Shown: positions 60,201 through 64,000 of the stretch, one piece after another
Layout: the number at the start of each line of letters is the position of its first letter
How positions within the stretch are numbered: the first letter of the stretch is position 1
Origin: Leucoraja ocellata
Lineage: Eukaryota
Reading direction: 5' to 3'
Length of the DNA: 64,000 nt
NCBI GenBank assembly: GCA_036785375.1
Contig: JAWMAR010000136.1
Location: forward strand, 372,001-436,000
Made by a program: the position numbers and the translations under genes
Notes under the pieces: model-generated
The model's database searches: none
The model's input: only the letters and a program-made list of their open reading frames with translations
What the model was told of the DNA's origin: nothing

Positions 60201-62552
60201 CAAAGGTTGGTAAGTTCCTGAGGGGCAAGGTTTAGGCTTGTCTGTTCCAGAAGGACAGAAACAACCTGCTGGACACTTATCCCCCGAATCATCCCCGAAT
60301 GGATATCCTGTCCTGGCACCAAGCATGCAGTAATGACCTGGGAAACAAGGTCCAGATGGAGACACAAGTCCTGGGGAAAAGATAGAAGACAGAAGAATCA
60401 ATTGTCTGAAGCCTCCAAAACAAGTCTAAAACACTATTTGGTAAATGCCATGATCCAGCTTGACCAATAATGACCACATTCAGAGGGACACAGAGTGTTG
60501 GAATTACTAGTAAAACAGCATGTCTGGAGAACATGGATCGGTGTTGGGACCCTTCTTCAGACTCGTAAGTGACATCAGTCTAAAGAAGGGTTCTGACTTG
60601 AAATGTCACCTCTCCATGTTCTCCAGAGATGCTGCCTGACCCATTGAGTTACTCCAGCAATTTACGTCCTCTTTTGTAAACTGGCTTCTGCAGTTCCTTG
60701 TTTCTGGACTGAAAGATATTTCAGGTCTGAGGATAAGATTAAAGCATCAGAGTAGATTAAAACAAATATGATGGCTTCAATACAAATATTTTAAAATTAT
60801 CATATGTCAGTAACACTTCAATTTTGTGGAGAAATAGTGCTCTATACCTTCCGTGTCACAGTAGAATCCTGGTGTACACAGACTACAGTCTGTAACAGAT
60901 GATAGACCGCCCCGAGGGCTGAAAGTTCCAGCTGGGCATTTTATTCCATGGCCAGATCCCAGGGGACAGTAGTGCCCAGGTGGGCAGATGTAACCAGTGA
61001 CATTATCTGAGGGACAGGGAGTGCTGGACCTCAGCAAGCACACACAACCTGGGCCACAGAGACCGGAGTAACTTTGCAGTCCTGGAAAACAATTAAAAAG
61101 ATGAGCACTGCAACAAATTACTTTTGACACAAAAGTTGGAAAATGTAAGATCTCTGCAAGGGAGCAACACATTCTAATCAATCTAGTTCTTATATGTAGT
61201 TAAAATAAATCAGAAGTGTATTTTCACAGATGACGACAAGGACTTGGGTGACAATATCTTTGTTATTTACTTCATTCCCAGCCACTGAAGAGTAAATAGG
61301 AAAAAAGAGTCTTACCTTTCGCTGCACAATATTTCCCTCTTGGACATGCTTCACACTGCTCCGCACTGACTTGACCAGTCAGGTTACTGAAAGTGCCCTG
61401 TGGACATGGGTACTGGATGCCCTGTATGCAGTAATAGCCAGCTGGACATTCAACGGGCTGGATTGTGCCTGACCTATTTTCAGTGTATTGTGCAGGCAGA
61501 AGGAATGAACTGCAATATCTAAAACAAAATAACATTAAATGTATTTTCACCTACATTTTATTTAACTTGAGAATTTCTTATATAATACATTTCAATGCAA
61601 CAGAATAGATTGAACAGCATAAAATACCACAACGTCATTGAAATGACACAACTGCAGTTTGCTTTCCAAGCTGCCTATAATTCATTAAGTCAGAAATTAG
61701 TAGTTTTCTCTACCTTCCACAGGTAGAGAAAACCCTCCACAGAAACTCTGCAGTTTTGTTCTAATTCCATTATTTTGATCAGTATTAACTCAATGGTCTT
61801 CTTTGACTCCAAGTTGAACATTCAAACTCATTACTTTGATTCCATAGACCATCTGCCTCCCAGCATATATACAGTAACCTGCATCCACATTAGTCCACTT
61901 AAGTCAACTGATGCTTTTGTCTTCTCAAGGCTCTACGGCAATACTGTCTAAGCCATTCATCAGCTCACAAGTTTCCCAAAAGCATCTGAACTTAAATTAT
62001 TTGGTCTATATTTGTCACTGCTGTAACTTAATCATCAATATTCAAAATAAACACAGGGACAAAAACATTCAAACCATCCCATGGCCTCTTCCAATACTTC
62101 CTTCATAGTGACAATCAATAACAATTTCACAGCTGTTCAGTCCTTGGATAATCACTTCTTGGTTGACTCCTTGCTCCAATGCTTGGAATTTTCTGATCCA
62201 AAATCTTTCTCCTAATTTTACATCACGTATCTATATACTGTGAACGACTCGATTGTAATCATGTATTGTCTTTCTGCTGACTGGTTAGCATGCACCAAAG
62301 CTTCCCACTGTACCTCGGCACACGTGACAATAAACTAAACTGAATTGATCTTTCTGAAAGCCCATCAGTATTTAAAAAAAAATTCTCCCAGACAATATTT
62401 AAACTGATATTTTTAATTTGTCGCAACTTACTTTCCAAGTGGGCATGGCTTGCAATATATCTGTCCAATCTGATCCTGAAACTCTCCAGGAGCACACGGT
62501 TTGGGTTTTGAACTGCCAGAAGGACAGTGGTGATCAATTAGACAAATTAACC
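2149..62552 (-). CDS. Partial multi-exon gene (45 exons, ~2400 aa here): giant Cys-rich Ephrin_rec_like/GCC2-GCC3-repeat single-pass membrane protein, uncharacterised
   Basis: Exons join with AG/GT (one GC) boundaries and matching phases into one stop-free frame of 7202 nt; repeating CPxGxYC motif, then a hydrophobic helix, then a non-repetitive tail. 5' end lies outside the window; terminal exon not found. Confidence 0.92.
2589..2924 (-). CDS. exon 44 (cytoplasmic globular domain)
   Basis: TTATAG|[19 protein letters not shown]...[17 protein letters not shown](G)|GTAAGT; phase 1-1. Confidence 0.88.
3478..3612 (-). CDS. exon 43 (cytoplasmic)
   Basis: ATGCAG|[45 protein letters not shown]|GTAGGG; phase 1-1. 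Confidence 0.8.
3935..4315. mobile_element. Two adjacent inverted (hairpin) Penelope-derived elements
   Basis: ggaactgca...gctggagtaactgag...gaaacatcacc...gagttactccagc arms, repeated at 3935-4135 and 4170-4315. Confidence 0.7.
4850..5080. mobile_element. Inverted (hairpin) Penelope-derived element
   Basis: Arms of ~80 bp: ggagtaactcagcaggtcaggcagcaaccctggagaacatggacaggtgac / gtcacctgtccatgttctctagggatgctgcctgacc...ttactccagc. Confidence 0.75.
5614..5704 (-). CDS. exon 42 (cytoplasmic)
   Basis: CTACAG|[30 protein letters not shown]|GTGAGT; phase 0-1. Confidence 0.68.
5845..6251. mobile_element. Degenerate Tc1/mariner (Tigger/pogo-like) MITE
   Basis: Imperfect TIRs cggtctaccctttttattacggacc / ggtctgttataatgagagttatctg, right end followed by TA; internal poly-C. 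Confidence 0.45.
6902..7074 (-). CDS. exon 41 (cytoplasmic)
   Basis: TTTCAG|[30 protein letters not shown]...TQDKIDPK|GTAATA; phase 1-0. Confidence 0.72.
7690..8192 (+). mobile_element. Penelope-like element ORF remnant (linker plus GIY-YIG endonuclease start)
   Basis: [11 protein letters not shown]... and [37 protein letters not shown] match the PLE pattern FTC-x5-IY-x-I-x-C-x2-C-x3-YIGET-x-R-x-L; frameshifts and stops. Confidence 0.8.
8285..8402 (-). CDS. exon 40 (cytoplasmic)
   Basis: CTTTAG|[39 protein letters not shown](G)|GTAACA; phase 0-1. Confidence 0.7.
9594..9754 (-). CDS. exon 39 (cytoplasmic, coiled-coil-like)
   Basis: TAACAG|[54 protein letters not shown]|GTTCAA; phase 1-0. 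Confidence 0.86.
11002..11078 (-). CDS. exon 38 (cytoplasmic)
   Basis: TCTTAG|[26 protein letters not shown]|GTAAAA; phase 2-1. Confidence 0.85.
12093..12255 (-). CDS. exon 37 (transmembrane helix)
   Basis: CTTCAG|[24 protein letters not shown]...GYVIMKD|GTAAGC; with exon 36 gives a 25-aa hydrophobic stretch followed by basic residues; phase 1-2. Confidence 0.88.
12399..12564. mobile_element. Young inverted Penelope-derived element with 14-bp TSD
   Basis: Exact flanking duplication aatatgtatatgat at 12385-12398 and 12565-12578. Confidence 0.85.
12683..12901 (+). mobile_element. HE1-like tRNA-derived V-SINE (3' truncated)
   Basis: gtggcacagttgtagagttgctgccttacagc...ggtttgatcctgac (A/B boxes), ggagtttgtacattctccctgtgacc V-domain. 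Confidence 0.8.
13895..14140. mobile_element. Inverted Penelope-derived element
   Basis: Minus arm 13895-13988, plus arm 14012-14140; ends ~25 bp from the exon 36 donor. Confidence 0.7.
14164..14372 (-). CDS. exon 36 (juxtamembrane)
   Basis: TACTAG|[18 protein letters not shown]...[12 protein letters not shown](G)|GTAAAC; phase 2-1. Confidence 0.88.
15289..15592 (+). mobile_element. HE1-like V-SINE, full length
   Basis: tRNA-like head, V-domain, tail ggaccaaagggcctgtttccgtgctgtatct + (actaa)n. Confidence 0.85.
15985..16111 (-). CDS. exon 35
   Basis: TGTCAG|[42 protein letters not shown]|GTGACC; phase 1-2. Confidence 0.85.
16766..16939 (-). CDS. exon 34
   Basis: GTGCAG|[11 protein letters not shown]...[23 protein letters not shown]|GTGAGT; phase 1-1. 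Confidence 0.85.
17233..17270. mobile_element. 38-bp palindromic transposon remnant/footprint with 8-bp TSD
   Basis: ctgcacag|caaagatcctatagc-ggagcgga-gctataggatctttg|ctgcacag; the paralogous site near 18357 is empty. Confidence 0.85.
17505..18240. repeat. GA-rich low-complexity tract and (TG)n microsatellite with two assembly gaps
   Basis: Purine tract 17510-17705, (tg)n and ctccctgtgtgt units, N runs 17716-17888 and 17979-18144. Confidence 0.95.
21271..21409 (-). CDS. exon 33
   Basis: TCTCAG|[46 protein letters not shown]|GTCAGT; phase 0-1. Confidence 0.85.
21844..21991 (-). CDS. exon 32
   Basis: TTCCAG|[50 protein letters not shown]|GTGAGA; phase 2-0. Confidence 0.85.
22746..24762 (-). 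mobile_element. CR1-clade LINE (HER1-like), 5'-truncated, disrupted ORF2 reverse transcriptase
   Basis: Fragments [69 protein letters not shown] with stops/frameshifts; 3' tail at 22746. Confidence 0.95.
25493..25620 (-). CDS. exon 31
   Basis: CCACAG|[42 protein letters not shown]|GTTAGT; phase 0-2. Confidence 0.87.
26043..26540 (-). mobile_element. Penelope-like 3' end remnant containing a nested younger short element
   Basis: Minus-strand [17 protein letters not shown] (PLE ORF C-terminus) near 26485-26540, then 3' UTR and terminal repeat. Confidence 0.8.
26270..26399 (+). mobile_element. Short hammerhead-bearing Penelope-derived element with 10-bp TSD
   Basis: gtgaaattag at 26260-26269 and 26400-26409; core CTGAAGAagggtctcaacctGAAACgtcacc. 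Confidence 0.85.
26713..26858 (-). CDS. exon 30 (Cys-rich linker)
   Basis: ATTCAG|[49 protein letters not shown]|GTAAGA; phase 1-0. Confidence 0.88.
27295..27507 (-). CDS. exon 29 (last CPxG repeats)
   Basis: TCACAG|[16 protein letters not shown]...[12 protein letters not shown](G)|GTGAGC; phase 1-1. Confidence 0.92.
28190..28810 (+). mobile_element. Ancient RTE-clade LINE RT remnant
   Basis: [10 protein letters not shown] resembles the RT motif GVKQGCVLAP; downstream [12 protein letters not shown]...FETWTT resembles the RTE C-terminal region. Confidence 0.5.
29019..29218 (-). CDS. exon 28 (Cys-rich repeat)
   Basis: TTGTAG|[18 protein letters not shown]...CPAGFHCPK(G)|GTACGT; phase 2-1. 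Confidence 0.9.
30603..30858 (-). mobile_element. HE1-like V-SINE
   Basis: Reverse complement of SINE head, V-domain and tail (acacaccagggacaattt, gggatcgaacctgggtc). Confidence 0.8.
31441..31567 (-). CDS. exon 27 (Cys-rich repeat)
   Basis: TGCTAG|[42 protein letters not shown]|GTAAGT; phase 1-2. Confidence 0.9.
31930..32240 (+). mobile_element. Ancient Deu-domain SINE (SacSINE1-like) remnant
   Basis: cacagcaaggtcccacca...gagatgggatcttttattca...gaggg resemble the Deu-domain consensus. Confidence 0.45.
32322..32546 (-). CDS. exon 26 (Cys-rich repeat)
   Basis: TATCAG|[16 protein letters not shown]...CRAGYECPE(G)|GTGAGA; phase 1-1. Confidence 0.92.
33329..33508 (-). CDS. exon 25 (Cys-rich repeat)
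   Basis: ACTCAG|[16 protein letters not shown]...[10 protein letters not shown](G)|GTATTT; phase 1-1. Confidence 0.9.
33564..33695 (-). mobile_element. Short Penelope-derived element with TSD
   Basis: Reverse complement of the 207-338 element; gacttgaaacatt at 33551-33563 and 33692-33704. Confidence 0.85.
33885..34100. mobile_element. Older inverted Penelope-derived element abutting the exon 24 donor
   Basis: gagcaaaccacaaagtgctggaggaactc / gagttcctccaacactttgtgttttgctc arms. Confidence 0.7.
34113..34238 (-). CDS. exon 24 (Cys-rich repeat)
   Basis: CTTCAG|[42 protein letters not shown](G)|GTACGA; phase 1-1. Confidence 0.9.
35871..36019 (-). CDS. exon 23 (Cys-rich repeat)
   Basis: CTGCAG|[18 protein letters not shown]...CAGPCPA(G)|GTATAA; phase 2-1. 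Confidence 0.9.
37365..37473 (-). CDS. exon 22 (Cys-rich repeat)
   Basis: ATACAG|[36 protein letters not shown]|GTCGGC; phase 1-2. Confidence 0.88.
37505..37925 (+). mobile_element. CR1-clade LINE 3' fragment
   Basis: ggactagagtataaaagcaaggatataatgctg...ggaggccaag...gacttgatgggccaaatggctaattctgctcc. Confidence 0.75.
38455..38640 (+). mobile_element. Ancient Deu-domain SINE remnant
   Basis: aataataccatgtgatcttttatgttca...gaagacagtatctttgacaatgaagcactc. Confidence 0.45.
39565..39733 (-). CDS. exon 21 (Cys-rich repeat)
   Basis: TTCCAG|[14 protein letters not shown]...CPTHSYCPG(G)|GTGAGT; phase 0-1. Confidence 0.92.
40958..41109 (-). CDS. exon 20 (Cys-rich repeat)
   Basis: TAATAG|[51 protein letters not shown]|GTATGC; phase 1-0. 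Confidence 0.9.
41476..41685 (-). CDS. exon 19 (Cys-rich repeat)
   Basis: TCTTAG|[17 protein letters not shown]...[10 protein letters not shown](G)|GTATGG; phase 1-1. Confidence 0.92.
41895..42340 (+). mobile_element. CR1-clade LINE 3' fragment
   Basis: [23 protein letters not shown] plus the family 3' UTR. Confidence 0.85.
43101..43354. mobile_element. MITE with ~45-bp TIRs (PIF/Harbinger-like termini)
   Basis: aagggcctgtcccaattggcgattttttctgcgactgccgg / ccggcagtcgccgagaaatatcgccaagtgggacaggccctt; TSD not exact. Confidence 0.8.
43950..43977. mobile_element. 28-bp palindromic transposon remnant/footprint with 8-bp TSD
   Basis: gtatggag|caaagatcttatagctataggatctttg|gtatggag. Confidence 0.85.
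44185..44318 (-). CDS. exon 18 (Cys-rich repeat)
   Basis: CTGCAG|[45 protein letters not shown](G)|GTGAGA; phase 2-1. Confidence 0.9.
44901..45200 (-). mobile_element. HE1-like V-SINE, full length
   Basis: Reverse complement of head (gggtggcacagcagtagagttgc), V-domain and tail. Confidence 0.85.
45257..45392 (-). CDS. exon 17 (Cys-rich repeat)
   Basis: ATTCAG|[45 protein letters not shown]|GTAAGA; phase 1-2. Confidence 0.9.
45802..45909 (-). CDS. exon 16 (Cys-rich repeat)
   Basis: CTAAAG|[36 protein letters not shown](G)|GTACCA; phase 1-1. Confidence 0.88.
46128..46307 (-). CDS. exon 15 (Cys-rich repeat)
   Basis: TTTTAG|[13 protein letters not shown]...EDCALCPS(G)|GTTAGT; phase 1-1. Confidence 0.92.
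46605..46905 (+). mobile_element. CR1-clade LINE 3' fragment
   Basis: [10 protein letters not shown]...[10 protein letters not shown]...GIEGYG* plus tail. Confidence 0.75.
47313..47416 (-). CDS. exon 14 (Cys-rich repeat)
   Basis: TTACAG|[35 protein letters not shown](G)|GTAATG; phase 2-1. Confidence 0.9.
48091..48253 (-). CDS. exon 13 (Cys-rich repeat)
   Basis: TTCCAG|[15 protein letters not shown]...CPKGTF|GTATTT; phase 1-2. Confidence 0.9.
48385..48595 (+). mobile_element. CR1-clade LINE 3' fragment
   Basis: ttgccacagaaggctgtggaagccaagtcaatggatatttttaaggc...gatgggctgaatggcctaa. Confidence 0.75.
48720..48884 (-). CDS. exon 12 (Cys-rich repeat)
   Basis: TCCAAG|[14 protein letters not shown]...[10 protein letters not shown](G)|GTATTG; phase 1-1. 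Confidence 0.9.
49045..49147 (-). CDS. exon 11 (Cys-rich repeat)
   Basis: CCACAG|[34 protein letters not shown](G)|GTAAAA; phase 0-1. Confidence 0.9.
49535..49810 (+). mobile_element. CR1-clade LINE 3' fragment
   Basis: gggcaagttttctttttacacag...gtgggccaaagagcctgttt...gttctatgttcc. Confidence 0.7.
50533..50711 (-). CDS. exon 10 (Cys-rich repeat)
   Basis: TCGAAG|[20 protein letters not shown]...CPPGHFCPE|GTCAGC; phase 1-0; AAG acceptor less certain. Confidence 0.82.
51191..51481 (+). mobile_element. HE1-like V-SINE
   Basis: gctgccttacagcgccagagacctgggtttgatcc...gaagggcctgtttccgtgctgtatctctaaactaaactaaa. Confidence 0.85.
51763..51857 (-). mobile_element. Short Penelope-derived element with 11-bp TSD
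   Basis: cagtaagtaca at 51752-51762 and 51858-51868. Confidence 0.85.
51893..52095 (-). mobile_element. CR1-clade LINE 3' tail
   Basis: catagaaattaggtgcaggagtaggccattcgg...gcctccactgccttctgtg. Confidence 0.7.
52478..52693 (-). CDS. exon 9 (Cys-rich repeat)
   Basis: CCTCAG|[14 protein letters not shown]...CPPGTLL|GTAAGA; phase 1-1. Confidence 0.92.
52785..54350. mobile_element. Cluster of Penelope-like 3' remnants in opposite orientations
   Basis: Minus strand [26 protein letters not shown] (53150-53250); plus strand [11 protein letters not shown] (53685-53725); terminal repeats at 52785 and ~53990. Confidence 0.75.
55098..55283 (-). CDS. exon 8 (Cys-rich repeat)
   Basis: TGGTAG|[23 protein letters not shown]...EMVCPP(G)|GTACAC; phase 1-1. 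Confidence 0.88.
55907..56017 (-). CDS. exon 7 (Cys-rich repeat)
   Basis: ATGTAG|[37 protein letters not shown]|GTTAGT; phase 1-1. Confidence 0.87.
56087..56390 (+). mobile_element. HE1-like V-SINE, full length
   Basis: gtggcgaggcggtagagttgctgcc...gggttcgatcc...tctctaaactaaac. Confidence 0.85.
57050..57196 (-). CDS. exon 6 (Cys-rich repeat)
   Basis: CCCTAG|[49 protein letters not shown](G)|GTAACT; phase 1-1. Confidence 0.9.
58124..58258 (-). CDS. exon 5 (Cys-rich repeat; GC donor)
   Basis: TTTCAG|[12 protein letters not shown]...PLACRN(G)|GCAAGA; phase 1-1, non-canonical GC donor inferred. Confidence 0.82.
59222..59495 (-). mobile_element. CR1/HER1-like LINE 3' end, same family as 22746-24762
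   Basis: [25 protein letters not shown]...GMEGYG; near-identical to 22746-22990. Confidence 0.9.
59701..59920. mobile_element. Near-perfect hairpin Penelope-derived element with TSD
   Basis: ~90-bp inverted arms centred at 59792; cattatttatttggt (59688-59702) vs cattatttacttggt (59920-59934). Confidence 0.85.
60119..60370 (-). CDS. exon 4 (Cys-rich repeat)
   Basis: CCCCAG|[15 protein letters not shown]...[10 protein letters not shown](G)|GTAAG; phase 1-1. Confidence 0.92.
60520..60705. mobile_element. Inverted Penelope-derived element, degenerate
   Basis: ctggagaacatgga...cttcttcagac / gtctaaagaagg...ccatgttctccagagatgctgcc. Confidence 0.65.
60848..61081 (-). CDS. exon 3 (Cys-rich repeat)
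   Basis: TTCCAG|[12 protein letters not shown]...[10 protein letters not shown](G)|GTATAG; phase 1-1. Confidence 0.92.
61316..61518 (-). CDS. exon 2 (Cys-rich repeat)
   Basis: TTTTAG|[10 protein letters not shown]...[13 protein letters not shown](G)|GTAAG; phase 2-1. Confidence 0.92.
62432..62552 (-). CDS. exon 1 of 45 (Cys-rich repeat)
   Basis: TTACAG|[40 protein letters not shown](K)|GTAAGT; phase 1-2. Confidence 0.9.
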
Positions 62553-63199
62553 CTGTAAGATAGATGATGAATTGGATGAAAGTTGGGTGAAATCATGTTG
62601 ATTACCTGTTTAGTCAGCTGAACAAATGTATTCCTGTGGAGAACATACAAGTGGATTTCCACTTTAAACTTCATTTAAATGTTGAACATTTCTTGTAATC
62701 AGTTAAAATATATTGCCAAATGTCTTTTCCTGATACAGACACAGTAGGTAGCAGGAGAGTGGTTTACGACTTGACCATGGGACAATCGTAATTTGGGTTT
62801 GAAATGCAGTGCATTTTCAGCCAGCCAGATGTCAATATTCCCCACACATTATTACACTAGAGTTAGGATCAGCAGAGGGGCAGGGGCAATCGTGTGGAAA
62901 TAATGTCTAATATTACCACTACATACTTGACTGAGATCAAAGTGCTGGATGCACGCATCTCAAGTTGCGAAGGTAAATAGGACAAAAGGATTGAATTTTC
63001 AAAAGAAAAAGGAAGTAAAGGTTAGAGAAAAATTTAAAAAGCAGAGGAAACAAATGTAAAATCAGGGGAAAGACTTTCCTTTTTATCTCAGCTCTTATCA
63101 AATATTTTTATTTATCAAATATTTTTTTTCAACTGTCTTTTTTGTGTTTAAACCTGTCTTCATCTCTGGATTTTGTCAGATCAAAAAACCCTCGTACGT

Positions 63200-63400
63200 G
63201 TGTACTTATTACTGGCCATGATCTGTCCTGCCCCTTCACTTCTCCAGCTTTCTTTCCCATCTCCCCTACATTCAGTCTGAAGAAGGGTCCAGACTCAAAA
63301 TGTCACCTCCCCATGGTTACCAGAGATGCTACCTGATCCGCCGAGTTACTCCAGCATTTTGTGAAAACTTTCTCTGGTATAAAACAGCATCTGCAGTCTC
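63200..63400 (+). mobile_element. Penelope-derived 3' UTR plus terminal repeat
   Basis: cagtctgaagaagggtccagactcaaaatgtcacc...gagttactccagc. Confidence 0.65.
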
Positions 63401-63599
63401 TAGCGATGACAGAAAATCAGGGGAGATAGAAATCAAAAAAATCGAAAGAGAAAGACAACAATGAGATGAGATGGATGTCAGCTGGAGATGAAAGATTGAC
63501 ATCGCTCTCTTTATGACAGGATGCCTTAAGTTGCTTTATACCAATGAAATATAGTTGCAGGCACATTGTAGTCACTTCACACATAGCAAGGTGTCACAA

Positions 63600-63870
63600 G
63601 GCAGCACAGTGGCACACCGGTAGAATTTCTGCCATAACAGGCCCGGGTTCGATCCTGACAGTACGGAGTTTGTGCATTTTTCTCTGTGACCACGTGGGTT
63701 TTCTTCGGGTGCTCCAGTTTCCTTCCACATTCCAAAGATGTGCAGGTATGTAGGTTAATTGGCTTCCTTAAATTGTTCCTAGCGAGCAGGATAGAACTGG
63801 TGTATGGGTGATCATTATTTGGTGTGGAGTCAGTGGGCCGAAGGGCCTGATTCTATGTCGTACCTCTAAA
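63600..63870 (+). mobile_element. HE1-like V-SINE
   Basis: gcacagtggcac...gggttcgatcc...gtgggccgaagggcctg. Confidence 0.8.
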
Positions 63871-64000
63871 CAGTGGCGGACTGGCTAGGGTGTCAGCTTG
63901 CCCAATGGCAAGTGGGCCCCTGATGAAGTGATAGCAAGTGATGGCAAGTGGGCCCCTGTTAAATGATAGCATTGTAGTTGTGGGTGGGCCCCCTTTGTCT
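63871..64000. mobile_element. Probable left end of a hAT-like DNA transposon, cut by the window edge
   Basis: Begins cagtggcggactggc immediately after the SINE tail; repeated (tggcaa)gtgggcccc subterminal motifs. Confidence 0.45.

Noticed and set aside
207-63400. CRISPR-like or prokaryotic system
   Set aside because: The repeats are dispersed retroelements with TSDs inside spliceosomal introns; there is no regular repeat-spacer array or operon structure.

Overview
Vertebrate genomic DNA, most likely from a cartilaginous fish (ray/skate), inferred from HE1-type V-SINEs and their CR1/HER1-type LINE partner. Nearly the whole window is the interior of one very large minus-strand gene. I traced 45 coding exons by hand (62552 down to 2149; 7202 nt, about 2400 aa), with consistent splice phases and no stops. 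They encode about 1580 aa of tandem C-P-x-G-x-[YF]-C repeats (Ephrin_rec_like/GCC2-GCC3 type), a juxtamembrane region, one transmembrane helix and a cytoplasmic tail ending in an HxxxH pseudo-zincin-like segment. The start of the gene lies beyond 64000 and the last exon was not found. The introns hold CR1 and RTE LINE remnants, SINEs, MITEs and about 20 short Penelope-derived elements with a minimal hammerhead-ribozyme-like core. Best leads: (1) every hammerhead core lying in the host-sense orientation is broken, while most antisense copies keep the catalytic G12; (2) two 28-38 bp palindromes with exact 8-bp target duplications look like P-element-type excision footprints; (3) the giant uncharacterised receptor itself. 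Everything was read by eye; no searches were run.
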